Below, piece after piece: positions 38,601-50,700 of a stretch of DNA of 64,000 nt; position 1 is the stretch's first letter, and the number at the start of each line of letters is the position of its first letter. The position numbers and the translations under genes were made by a program. The notes beneath the pieces were generated by a model. The model had not been told where the DNA came from and made no database searches. It saw nothing but the letters and a program-made list of their open reading frames with translations. This DNA is from Tubiluchus corallicola (Eukaryota; Animalia; Priapulida): assembly GCA_030141605.1 (NCBI GenBank), contig JAQGDQ010000335.1, positions 124,001-188,000 on the forward strand, in the 5' to 3' direction.

Positions 38601-41600
38601 TATGCTAACACCCATTAAAAACATGGGAGGCTTCACGCAGATGGACTTGTAAATTTATGCCTGTATCAAAATATGAATGAACTACATGTAAACACTATAT
38701 GTTTGCTCGAGTGCAATCATTTATAGCAAATACCATGTAATTTAAGTAGTATTCTTATTTACTATGTAAACCACACTCTTTAATTTGTTTGCACAGTAAC
38801 ATCATTTGTTTTTATATGTGGTTGTTTCACAATTCTCCACGATTCAGTTTACATTGCTACATTATCATTGTGCAGCATCTTACTTACTAATGTATAATAC
38901 TTATTAGTCAGGAAAACTAGCTTCCTAATCTTGATAACATTAATAAATACACAGTACTTTTAAATCAAAGAAGGTTTTGCAACCATAGAATCTTAATACA
39001 GTTTACAACTTGATTCTCTTTAGAAGTTTAAGAAGGTCTTAGTCTTAATTTTAAGTTAAACAAATCCTAAAATGGCAAGTAAAAACACAACAATACTTTT
39101 GTTTTCCTTGCCACCCACGTCGTTCAGGACAAATAACAATATAAATAAATCATTGTTGTTTCTTTAATTCATTAATCAAGACAGGTTGGTAAAAACATAT
39201 CCAGCATCTTATGTGCAGACTCAGCAACACAGGGCTGCACCAAAGGCACATTTTCGTCAACCAAATCGAAGCCGATTTTTTTATTCTTGGGTGCCACTAA
39301 ACCGGCTAAGCTAAACCGAATGATCAGCTGTGCTGCCAAACCGAATTCGTAATAAAATATCAAGTTAAACTGGAATACTGGACTGAAGGCGAACCAAATT
39401 TTTTTACCGAAACTGAACCAAATTTTCTTGCACTTCCAATTGAAAAGAATTATAAACTTTATAACATTTTATCGTTTTAAGATAGAGGTGATTGGAGAGT
39501 TGGGTAAAGTTATTCTGATTACTAAACCTGTGTTTCTTAAATGTTATGTAGTAAGGTATTAAGTATTTTAAAAGCAGTACTACTTCTTTCAAAAGCTGTT
39601 CAAACAATGTAGTCAATCAAAACTGTATTTAAGCAAAACTGCAATCACATAAATGTTTACTGGGCTCGAGTTCTCGTTGATTTATTTCGTCGAGTATACA
39701 TATCGAAAATACATTGCATATAAGGAATACAGCACTACTATGCTACTGCTCATTGCCACAACTTGCGTACTGATGGTGCATCACATTTTTCGAGTTGTCA
39801 TACAGAAAGCAAAATGTTGGCTAATGTGTTTGCTGTTTATTGTCAGTTTTTTTTCAGATAAGCTTTTCCAAGCATTATAGGGAAATATTTGGCTTGTTTA
39901 ATGTAATTTTCACTGAAAGTGACAATTATTAAAAGAGTAACTTTGGTATACCGAAGGTTTACTGAACCTTTAGTGATTACAATCGAAATTAAAAAATAAA
40001 ATGCAAACTTACCAGACAGTTCGTGCTCATTATTATATTCTATACCCTCGGAACCAAGCAATGAGGCACATTTCTCCAAAACAGTCATTAGGTCAAAGTT
40101 CTCAAAAGTGAGCTGTCCAGCTGAACTTGTGCTTGTATTCTTTTCAGCACCTTCGCCATTACTAATTGATTCTAATTAAAAAATCCAGTAAGATGTACAT
40201 TGTAACATATGAAAAAATAAATAAATAAAACGGTATCAATTTTTTTCAAACAAGCATACAACTTAAAGTCACATAAAGGAAAACTGATCAAAGTTTATTC
40301 TGCATTTAAAATGTGTTTTAAACTAAACACATGTAAAAGCGAAGGGAAAGTATTCAATACCATGCAGGCATGCACGAACAAACATAATAATATTTCATAT
40401 TAAATAGAAATATATTGTATATTATAAACATTCCGCAAGCACCTTGCTTAACAATCGGCTTTGGTAACCATTGTGGTACATTACTGCAAACAGCTTCCAC
40501 AGCTTGCCCAGCAGCAATGCGAGTTTCCCACGATGAACTTTTTAAGTAGTTATGAATCTGCAAAAATTAACGGCTCACAAAAACAAGAAGAAACACATAT
40601 CAAACTTATGAAATTGTAAAAGTGAAATAAAAGTAGGGTAGAGCAAAAAATAAAAGACATTAAATTGAATTGATCTTGATTTATAACCAGCAATTTAAAA
40701 TTTACTGTCAGAAAACATTGTACTGTACATGGGTCTAGTGTCAGTTAATGAATCTCTGCAACCTGTGCATATGCAACGGTCAAACTCTGACAGCAGATCA
40801 TACGCACATGAGGCCAATATGAGACTTTTGATACAAAGCTCAAAAGTTTTCCATTATGTGCATATGATGCATTTGCATATTTTGCAAAGGGGCACACGAA
40901 CTATCTGCTGGGAGTAGGGTTGAGCATCAAATGTTTGAATTTAATTCAAACAAGTTTTTTAGTTAGCATTAAATTCATACCAAAAATTATGGTTTTGAAC
41001 AATTAGGCATTTCAACTACGCATTCTTTATATGTTCTTAAAATGTTTGAAATGCCATGCGATCAGCTGCAGTTTCTGTTCCCAATTTTTAGACAAATTAT
41101 TAATGTTTTTCCTACAAAACAAAATCATGTAATACACATGATCTCTGTGAGACCACTTTTATTAGTCATTCAATAATTTACTCCAATATCTTTTAAACTG
41201 ACTTCAAATTTGATTCAGATTGGAATATGCTGAAACTCAGTTTTATTCGAGTTCAAAAGACCACCAAATCGATTTGATTTGCTTTTTGGTAGAGAATGCT
41301 CACCCTAGCTAGGAGGCCTTATCTGATACTATATTGGCAAGGTACACTGATACTGTACTCAGTGCTAGAAATGCTCAAGGATTTTAAACAAGCACTTACA
41401 GATAGACTACTAATAGTATTTTAGTTTAGAACTGCTTCTAAAATAAAATTAACAATTAGCAATTGTAGAATGGAGTCTGACCACAGGTCACTAAAAGGGC
41501 TGTGCATGTCTATCTAGACACCAAATCACTATCTAGTCTCCTACGAAGCTTGGGAACTAATTCTGACTGTCGAAACACAAAAAATGTCATCAACTAAGAA

Positions 41601-42555
41601 ATGTCTAGTCATAGTTGATTGAAGTTTGAAGTTTTCTGGATAATCACTGTTATTAACGTTCACCCTCACAAACTTGAAACAAATAACTGACAGAAATTTG
41701 CAAATGATTTCGGTCAAATGAACTACTGTTAAACTAATGTGTAGACACTTAACTTGAAGCTAAAATAAGTTTTCAAAATTGAAAATTAAATCATCACATT
41801 TCCTCTTTTAACAATTAAGCAATGAAAACAACGCACTGCACTTGCTATGCCTCAACTATCAACAGCTCACCAGATCAAAACTGACCAAGTTTTTAATGAT
41901 TCTGTTTTAATGCACTGAAAAAGCAGGTTAAATATTGTGCTAACATAAGTAAATGTATTACAAAATTCTGTAGAAATGTCAAAAAGGCGTTATTATCCTG
42001 AGTTAAGAACAACAAGGTTTGCAGTATCTAGAGTTAAAGAACAGAGTACCAAAATAAATGCAATCAAAAATTAATTTAGTTTACAAGAAGTTATTTTTAT
42101 CTGAAAGTGTTTTAGATCTTTCACCCTTGCCAAAAGATTATGAAGCTCATGTGGATGTAACTTCTGAACCTCTCCTAGCTGTTGTGCAGCAGCTTTACGT
42201 GCCAGAGGTGTGCTACCAGTATCCAGTAACAAAAACAGCCTGTCTAATCTGAAAATATGCAAAGCAATATTATTATGTTGCTGACAGATGACCTAGGTAG
42301 TATTTGACTAACAAAATCTATCTACTTCATGTTTTATAAATTTTAACAAAATGTAGCCTATTCATTTTATTTAAATTCATACTTGAAAAAAATCATGATG
42401 TATTAGTTTTGAAGAAAAACGCTTTCTGCAAATTTCTTGTATTTAAAAAATCTGTCATTTGAAACTGTATTTGATAGCAATTATAGCAATACCACCACGA
42501 AAGCTTTTCAAATACTTTCGAAACCATCAGCAGATTTTCCTTACCTCGTAGTCAT
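14614..42555 (-). CDS. BTAF1: TATA-binding protein-associated factor 172 (BTAF1/Mot1, SNF2-family ATPase), about 36 coding exons
   Basis: Start MTTR (42555-42545) splices to [39 protein letters not shown] (42248-42125). HEAT-repeat exons follow ([38 protein letters not shown]|[10 protein letters not shown]), then SNF2 motifs [14 protein letters not shown] (21332-21195), ILDEGH (20362-20298), [42 protein letters not shown]...[15 protein letters not shown] (16507-16300) and [10 protein letters not shown] (15594-15503). Last exon 14881-14614 ends [22 protein letters not shown]. Confidence 0.97.
19430..19710 (-). mobile_element. Degenerate LINE (CR1/L2 clade) ORF2 C-terminal fragment
   Basis: Translation [37 protein letters not shown] resembles the post-RT 'L(I/V)xPxLxY...W...LxKLxxLQxRxxR' region of CR1/L2 LINEs; intronic in BTAF1. 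Confidence 0.55.
20984..21059. repeat. (CTACTG)/(CTA)n simple repeat
   Basis: ctactactgctactgctacaactactgttactgctactgctactgct... visible directly. Confidence 0.9.
23610..24463 (-). other. U12-type (minor spliceosome) GT-AG intron of BTAF1
   Basis: 5' site GTATCTTTT (consensus GTATCCTTT); branch site CCTTAAC at 23626-23620, 10 nt before the end of the intron; no polypyrimidine tract; splicing preserves the frame EAVA|[15 protein letters not shown]. Confidence 0.8.
26094..26310. repeat. 47-bp minisatellite, ~4.5 copies
   Basis: Unit aaaaaatgtagaaaataatctccttactcagagatgatcaaactctt repeated head-to-tail (tactcagaga at 26121, 26168 and onward) with few substitutions. Confidence 0.93.
28481..29373. 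mobile_element. Old pogo/Tigger-like non-autonomous element
   Basis: Degenerate TIRs cagtaggtgccgcttaatagactca and tgagtgtaataaacgatacccacta, subterminal caattarcc/caattaggc repeats, TA at both ends. Confidence 0.6.
37125..38519. repeat. Long inverted repeat: ~300-bp arms (37125-37422 and 38221-38519) with ~800-bp spacer
   Basis: For example ttttctggtgagccagtgacatttttgat in the left arm is the exact reverse complement of atcaaaaatgtcactggctcaccagaaaa in the right arm; similarity is roughly 90% by eye over the arms. Confidence 0.93.
37600..38552. mobile_element. pogo/Tigger-like MITE
   Basis: ta|cagtatactccactcaataaatc ... gatttattaagcgaattctactg|ta: degenerate CAGT-starting TIRs with TA flanks. 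It contains the right arm of the long inverted repeat. Confidence 0.6.
40915..41307. mobile_element. hAT-like MITE
   Basis: TIRs tagggttgagcat and atgctcacccta; 8-bp flanks gctgggag and gctaggag (7/8 identical); internal ttcga/ttcaa-type short repeats. Confidence 0.7.
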
Positions 42556-42972
42556 TATTGAAACAAATTAATTATAGCAAACAAACAGCTAAATAACTGT
42601 CTAAGCATCCAACGTGGTCATCAGCATTGCAAAATTCAATTGTTCCTTTGTCACATCCTAGTGCAGATGTGTCATCTGAAAAACAAAATCCATATTCAAA
42701 CTGAGCAAAACCAACTATGGATGAAAATTAATTCCTATGCTACAACTGGTACAGGGATTAATAAATATGGTACTCCAAGACACCAGGGATTACCAATCCT
42801 TAGTAGTAAGGAACCTATATAAAGTGTCGTAAATGCACTTGCTCAAAAGTCACATTATATCAAAACTGACTATATCGAAGAAGCATATCTCATACATAGA
42901 AAAGAAGGTCAAGTAGAAAGGAAATTACTAGGTTATCACTACAGGTTTTCCGAGTAGTCTAAATGGTCTCTA

Positions 42973-43040
42973 TATTGTACTTCATCATTTAGAGACCTTA
43001 CAGTCTTTATATTGTACTTCATCATTTAGAGACCTTACAG
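42973..43040. repeat. Local tandem duplication of 31 bp
   Basis: tattgtacttcatcatttagagaccttacag occurs twice, 37 bp apart. Confidence 0.85.
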
Positions 43041-43370
43041 CATGTTCCAGACATCTAACTACTAACAGTCTTTATGTTCTGACCTCCCGAATTGGGCCAG
43101 GGTTGCACGTTGCAAAATGAGCTCTGTTGAGCATAGAGAAATTCTTGAACTTGACAAATGTAACTGCATAGGAGTGTGCGCAAATAAGGAAAAAAACTAG
43201 ACATTATACTCTACTATTGCCAATATAGCAAATGTGAACACAACTAGACTGGTGGATGTGGAGGAGGAGAAGACGTATGAAGACAGAGACACCTGGAGAG
43301 ACGTTATCAAGTGTTCGCCGGCTGACAGATGAAAATCTACCAGGAGGATGGTGAGAAAGTATTAATTGTA

Positions 43371-44343
43371 GGGTGCTGAGTAACCCACTAGCCGAAGTAG
43401 CACACTTCCGGTAAAACGTATGTGCTAAATTTGTGGAAAAGCAGTGCCGTACATGGGCAGCCCAAGTAGGGCACTGGCGATTTTTGACGAGAATCGAGAA
43501 TTATGATGGCACAATAAAACATAAAACTAAATTTGTTTTAGAGAAAAAGTAACTTGATAATAATGATGTATAGTCCTTGACAATCTACAAAATTAATGTA
43601 TTTTTTACAATAGTATCATTAGTATTATTAGCTCCATTAAAATCATCATAACATTAAACTAAGTGTCTCATGCTTTAAAGAGAGAAACTATGCACACAAT
43701 TATAGATTACATTTTCGAGAAACTATGCATTACAGAAATAATTACAAGTTTAAAAATGAGACAGATGCTCCTAAGCCTTCACAACACAAAAAAGTAATTT
43801 TTAACAGTTAGGAAAAGCAAAGACAATTAGTTTTAATAATATCAGTAGTATTGCAACATGTAGGGCACTGTCGTACATGGCTCGCTAGCCCATGTCGGAC
43901 ACATAGATCGCTAGAACGTTTACTTAGGAGAAAACTATTATTTGTCCAACAAGTAGTGAAATGGATCCTTTGGAGGGAAGTGAAGCGAGACAAAATAAAA
44001 AATGATATACCGTAAACAAATGTTGAAATCGCCTAAAAAGTGGGTTTATTTCACTTCAACAACATTAATATCGAAGCCAAATTTAATATTGTCCGTTCTA
44101 CCAGCTCATAATAAAACTTTTATTTTATCAGATGTATAATAAATTATACCAACGTGTATTGATGTATTTAATTACTATTACTACGTAAACAAGGACAACG
44201 GACGGTGCCCGTACGCTTAACGACTCAATTCCTGACCTGTCTCTAATGTCCTACTTGGGCAGGCCATGTACGACACGTCCTACTTGGGCTAGCCCATGTA
44301 CGCCAATTGTCCTACTACGGCTAGTGGGCTAATCTGCAGCATC
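43371..44343. mobile_element. Unclassified TIR element (MITE) with subterminal repeats
   Basis: Left gggtgctgagtaacccactagccgaagtag and right ctactacggctagtgggctaatctgcagcatc are imperfect inverted copies. The motif cgtacatgggc(t)agcccaagtagg recurs at ~43448 and ~43871, and inverted at ~44250-44305. Confidence 0.6.
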
Positions 44344-44499
44344 ACCGGTAATTTTTAATATACTAATCTATCTATAAGAAAGGGCGGGAGACTAGATGAC
44401 CCCATGGTCCTTCCCTGCCCTGCTCTATGATTATAATTACTTAATATTTAACAAACTTTTGATGTAAAACTAATTGGAGAAAATGAATGTTCTATGTCT

Positions 44500-44795
44500 A
44501 TACGTAATTTCTGATTGAAGTAATCGCTTATCGAACGTTCACCATTTACTAGTTGTTTCATCAGATAACGCCGCCAGTTTGTACACAAACTACAGATGAA
44601 AATTTATTTTAACGCATTACATTTTTATTCTAAGTACGTAAACATTTAAACACTCGGCAATTTTTTTGCCATCCGTGCTTGCCTGCTGGCACCCTGTAGA
44701 TGGTCACACACTTTTTTGTCGCGTGCAATTTATAAAAAGATTAATTTGTGGTGACCATCTACGTAATTTCTAAATCAACATGTCAGTTTTCACAC
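44500..44795. promoter_or_regulatory. Putative (possibly bidirectional) housekeeping promoter for NOL12/GALNS and BTAF1
   Basis: Locally CpG-retaining; inverted 12-mer pair gtagatggtcac (44696-44707) and gtgaccatctac (44751-44762) around tataaaaa (44731); Inr-like tcagtt at 44783, just before the NOL12 ATG. Confidence 0.5.
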
Positions 44796-47700
44796 ATGGA
44801 GTTGTCAACAAAAATACAAAAGTCTCAAAAGAAAGGCAAACTAGTAATAGAGTTTAATGCAGAAGCCAGAAGGCAAGTTGCAGTAACAATTTATTAACTA
44901 ATTTTAATGGAGCGGCGGACCAGGTGACTTTTGTTTATTCGGGGAGGTGTATGTAATTCTATTCTGTTTCCAAAATGGCTGCGTTCACATCGTCTTATTT
45001 GCAATTAAGTTGTGTGTTATTGTGTACTAACTTGATGATACTTTTTGCATCTTGTGCGTTATATTCAGAAACACTTTTTGCTCCGGATTATCTCGAATTA
45101 TCTAATCAGCCAGATAATGTAATACTAATGCTTATGGATGATATGGGGTGGGGAGATATTGGTGTTTTTGGAAACCCAGCAAAAGAAACTCCTAATCTAG
45201 ATAGAATGGCCAGTGAAGGCATAACACTAACAGACTTTTATACTGCTAACCCCTTGTGCTCACCATCAAGAGCAGCACTACTTACTGGAAGACTTCCAGT
45301 TAGAAATGGCTTCTATACAACAAATATCCATGCTAGAAATTCTTACACACCACAAAATATAGTGGGTGGAATCCAGGATTATGAACTTCTTTTACCACAG
45401 TTGCTCAGGACGGTTGGTTACCAAAGCAAAATTGTAGGAAAATGGCATTTGGGTCACCGTCCACAGTTTCTACCATTAAACCATGGATTTGATGAATTTT
45501 TTGGATCCCCAAATTGTCATTTTGGCCCGTTTGATGATAAGAAAACACCCAACATTCCAGTCTATAGAAATTCAAAAATGATTGGGAGATATTACGAAGA
45601 ATTTGAGATATCAAATTCTGGCAAATCAAATCTTACGCAGTTGTTTATCCATGAAGCCGTAGAGTTTATACATGAGCAATATAAAACCGGCAGACAATTT
45701 TTTCTATATTGGGCTCCTGATGCCACCCATGCTCCAGTTTATGCCTCGAAGCAATTTCTTGGGAAGAGTCAGCGTGGACGGTATGGTGATGCTGTCATGG
45801 AACTGGATTATGGTGTTGGTATTATACTCAATACTTTAAAGAAGCTTGGTATTGATAAGAACACATTTGTATTTTTCACTTCTGATAATGGTGCTGCTTT
45901 GGTCAGCAAGATTTTTGGTGGTAACAATGGACCGTTTCTGTGTGGCAAACAAACTACCTTTGAAGGGGGAATGCGCGAGCCTGCAATTGCATGGTGGCCT
46001 CACAGAATCAGGCAACCAGGCAGCATAGCACGACAGGCTAGCACAGTGATGGATTTGTTCAGTACTGCATTGGATATTGCTGGAGTTGAAAAGCCTAGTG
46101 ATAGAATAATTGACGGGCAAAGTTTAGTACCTTTACTTGTCTCTGGCATAACTGAAGACAGGCCTGTCTTTTACTACAGAGGCAATGAAATGATGGCTGT
46201 GAGACATGGATTATATAAGGCACATTATTGGACATGGTCAAATGGTGAAGATGAAATAAAAAAGGGCATAGATTTTTGCCCTGGTGAGGAAATAGCTAAC
46301 ATGACTCAGCATGTTCTGCAAAATCACACAGCACAGCCATTGCTCTTTCACTTAGGTCGAGATCCTGGTGAAAAGTACAGAATTGGATTCAAAACAGTAG
46401 AATATGACAAAGCCGTGAAAGTTATTCATGAAATAGTTGACAATCATAAGAGCAAATTAGAACCTGGTGTGCCTCAGCTTAATGACTGTGATATTGCTGT
46501 TGAGAATTGGGCACCACCTGGATGTGATAAACTTAAAAAGTGTTTGCCTATACCAAAGTCTCACAAGGTCAAGTGCATTTGGCCTCATTAATTAGGAGGA
46601 CAGTTAAAGGTATAGTGACTAGTGTTGTGCCAAATCCTCTGAAGTTCAGATCCATCCAAATAACTTTGTTTGGATCAGATCAAGGTTATAAAGTTTTGTT
46701 GATGTTTGGAAGTTAAACAGCATTCTATACAGTACTGTTAATATTAATACCTACTGCTGTTACTGACTGAAGGGTCTAATACAAAATTGTGATATAACTT
46801 GCATTGTCAAATATAAAGGAAATGTTTAAAGAAGTTTCTAGGCACCGAACAACTTTTTAATTTAGTCTTTAGTATATTGAGCAGTGTCTATATAAAAACA
46901 GCATAATGAATACCATATTATGTAATGCATTAAGAGCAGTTTATGTACAATAACAGTATATATGTTTACTCTGCTTAAGAGATGTACAGGGTGTTTCAAA
47001 AGAAACAGTGCAATTGGAATTACCTGATATGTTTACATATGCTGATCAAAACACAATAAAATGCAGTTGAGTGTTAAGTCACTTAGTAAGAGATTAAAGA
47101 GATTATATTATAACTGTTGCTTGAAATGTCGCTGTTAACTGACCTAAATGAGAATTTAATTGACACTGCATGTTATAGAAAACACACTCAAGTTCACCAG
47201 GTTGGATGCTTCGACTGACATTGATTATTTTATGCTTTAGCTCTTCAATGGGTCTAGGACTTCCTCCTGTCTTCACTGAAAATTTCAACTTTCCCAACAA
47301 ATAAAAGTCTGGCAGTGATAAACCAGGTGATTGAGGTGGCCACAAACCATGGGAAATCACATGATCTCCAAAAAGACATTTAGAATTGCTTCCATGCTTG
47401 CACAAACTATATTGTGCAGTTGCACAATCTTGCTGAAACTAGACAGTTTGTTTTTGTGCTGTGTTAGTTGATGTCAGTTTCCTAAGAAAAATGCCTAAGT
47501 AACTTCCGTGAACTTTTCTGAAAATTGTTTGTAATATTCTGTAGCATTCTTTCCATAATAATGCTTGGCCTGCCACTTAGGTTTGCTTTGAGCACTACCA
47601 GTTTGATGTGGTAATCGTTTTCTGTACCAGACTTTTCTTTGAGGAGCTTTTGCACTCCTTTTGCAATTTTGCCACCTCTACATTTTCAAAAAGAACTATC

Positions 47701-50700
47701 CATTCATCCAAAGTAAGAACCATGGCTAACACAATTAATGCATAAATGCTAAGTAAGCAATTTCAGGAAAAATGTTCCAAAATAAACTTAAAGGCTTCTA
47801 AATTTTGGCATAACTTGCTTGTAAAGTCTAAGAGACATAACCATAACACAGTTTTTGATTGTGTTAAACTCCTCAACGATTTTTGAAATTTGAGCCAGAT
47901 TTGATACTACAACAATTTCACTTTTAAATGAATTCCAAGGGCCCACAACATAGGAAGAGAAGAACTGGGCTCTGATATTATTGCGAGAGTATTGTACAAA
48001 AAATTTAGAGTTGTGTCCAAGTAAATCACATAGTAGCCTAGGAAAAAATTCATCACTACATAAAATTGAATTGCCACTGATGACTTTATAGCAGTTAATA
48101 AGATCTATAGTATCATGGCGTTTTTCAAAAGAAGATACAGAGTCTGGTTGAATATCAGTGGCCAGACTAATACATCTCCATTGAGTTTTTTCTAAACCAT
48201 TCTTTAGACTCTTTAGAGTAACATACCCAGGTGACCAAACAATGCATGCATATTCAAGTATTGGTTTATTACAGCTTTGTACAGAGGTACAATAGCTTTT
48301 GCTCTACCTTTTATCATTCCTATGCATCTATTACCTTGAGAAATAATATGCTCAATATGAAAGTTCCACTTCAGGTTATTTGAGATTAATATTCTGAAAT
48401 ACCGTACATCTGATTTTTCTTCAGTAACACATCTCTCAGATAATAAAGCATTGTAGAATGAGAAAATACGAAGTGCACTGCATTTACTGTGTTTGAGGGA
48501 CATTAACAAGTTGTCACATCACACCATTGCTCAAATTGAGACATGTCAGCTCGTAATATTGATTAGTCAGAGGTATTTCTAATTGGACGATAAAGTTTAA
48601 TATCATCACCAAATAGTGGCATATACATGTCAGGAGCTATACAATCAGTAACGTCATTAATAAAAATGAGGAAACAATAATCCAATTTTCCTACCATATA
48701 ACTTGGTTTTTCTACATACCATTAGAACAATATCACTGATATCAGCATCTTTCCACTATTTCTTCTGAAACACTCATATATTTTTGTATGTTTCATAATA
48801 AAACCAACGTTAAGAACAACTAAGTGCCAATAAAGCACATGATTTGATTAGATATTTTTATTTTTCAAATTTGATTAATTTTTTTATATAGTATTTTGGT
48901 TAATATAGTTAAAATGATAAACTGAGTTGCATCTATTGTAAATATTCATTTTGAATGTACTGATATTGGTATAAGTAACCATAACGTAAAAACAATTAAC
49001 ACACCGAATTGTCCTTGGATTGGTGTATAGGTGACTTCATTTAATAATATGAAATTGTTATTATCATTGATGCCTGGTGAATTTAATACTGCAATACAGT
49101 ATTATCATTTACCGCCGAGTTGTATTATCCTTGTTAAATGATAATGAAATGTACTGTATCTCTTTTGTGTAAAATGAAACTTACTCTGAAATATATCTCA
49201 GTAATATTTAACATGTAGTTTTTCACCTCAGTCTAGGTGCTTCAACTTACAGAGTTTCAGCTACAGTCAAAGATGAAAAATTCGGATTCTGAAATGACAT
49301 CACTACAGTCATGCCCAGTACGTTACACCTGCAGTCTCTGACAGTACGGGCGAATTTTTGAAGAATTTAATTATTTCTTTTAAATTTTTCAGACATCGCG
49401 GGATGAGACAAAACACATTTACAAACTAAAGTACACGTTAGTGCTTCTTAGCTACTTGGCTCGAAATTGCATGGCAGCTATCAGGGCTGACTATAAAAAA
49501 TCTACAATCAGCTTGTGATTGCAGAACACGCTCTAGTGTACAACAGGTTCTAGTTTATGATCATCGTGACATCAGTAGATGACATCAGTTCCACTGCCAC
49601 AATCACAAAAAGCTTTCTGTGACTGTAGCGAAACTCTCTATTAGCACTGCATTAAGAGTTATGATAGTGCAGGCGCTGCCACCTTTAGCTAACGATTTTC
49701 ATTACAAATTTTGATTTCCAGATTACTCAATTTTCATGTGTTCTTTTTTGCAGTCAAACATTGAAATAAAGCTGTACTTTCAGTAGTCATCTGAGATGCA
49801 TCATGTTTAACTTACATAATTTCTCTTATAATAATTTCAAGTGCTTATTTGTTGCTTCTTGTACAGAGTGTAGCCCCGTTTTCTGCGGGGTTGCAAAAAC
49901 AATGAGTAATAGTACAAAACAGTTTATTGCATCAAAATATTGTTCAGTCAATTGAGAATCTATCACGGCCTCAATATTTAGCATAGACGCCTTGTGCATT
50001 TCACACAGGTGGCATGAAATTTGAGGGTTATGACTGGAACAGATCAAACTGAATGGTTCAGAAATTCACCTGACCTCAACCCCACTGAACACATTGGAGT
50101 TATTCTGAAAGGCAGAATGGAAGCTAAAATTATAATAGGCATGTCATTGATCAGTATTGAATGCATAAGCTTATGAGACATCTGTGAGATGTGTTGGATA
50201 ATCTTGAGTTCGACCCTGATTCCTTTGAGTCTGCAATTAGGCTCCCTAGCACTGTAGGCTGGGCAAAACACTCGGCTTCCATACTAAATATTGAGGGCAT
50301 AATAGATTCTCAGTTGGTTGAGCAATATTTGGTGCAATGAATTGTTCTGTACTGTATACGTTGTTTTTCTACCTCTAGCAAAAGCTTATCTTAGACCCTC
50401 TATAATTTTTGCTGCTTATTTGAAATGTACCTACATATATTTTATGTTTACTTATTTTTATAAAATATCAGTATACATGCTTTTTTGGGTTATCTGTCTT
50501 TGTTTAAGAAATTGAATGTAGCAAAAAATTACTATCTAACAGTTTGTCCTACTTATGTGAGACTTGCTTTGGAAAATCATGTCACTGGCAAAATGGGTAA
50601 ACAGATCTATGCTTATATAAAAAACTGCATCAATAATGCTAAAAACTGTTTTAGGATCTTCTTTCAACTGAAACCGTTTATTAAAACATGCATTTACTTC

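Noticed and set aside
43220-43370. Possible RTE-type LINE 3' end (DRDTWRDVI...)
   Set aside because: Too short and degenerate to call; no RT domain recognisable nearby.
44877-44930. Alternative GT donors for NOL12 exon 1 (44877, 44883, 44923)
   Set aside because: They are weak matches, out of phase with exon 2, or lie beyond the in-frame stop; only the GC donor at 44873 restores the conserved motif.
45405-46120. Short antisense and alternate-frame ORFs overlapping GALNS
   Set aside because: Shadow ORFs of a real CDS with no independent features.
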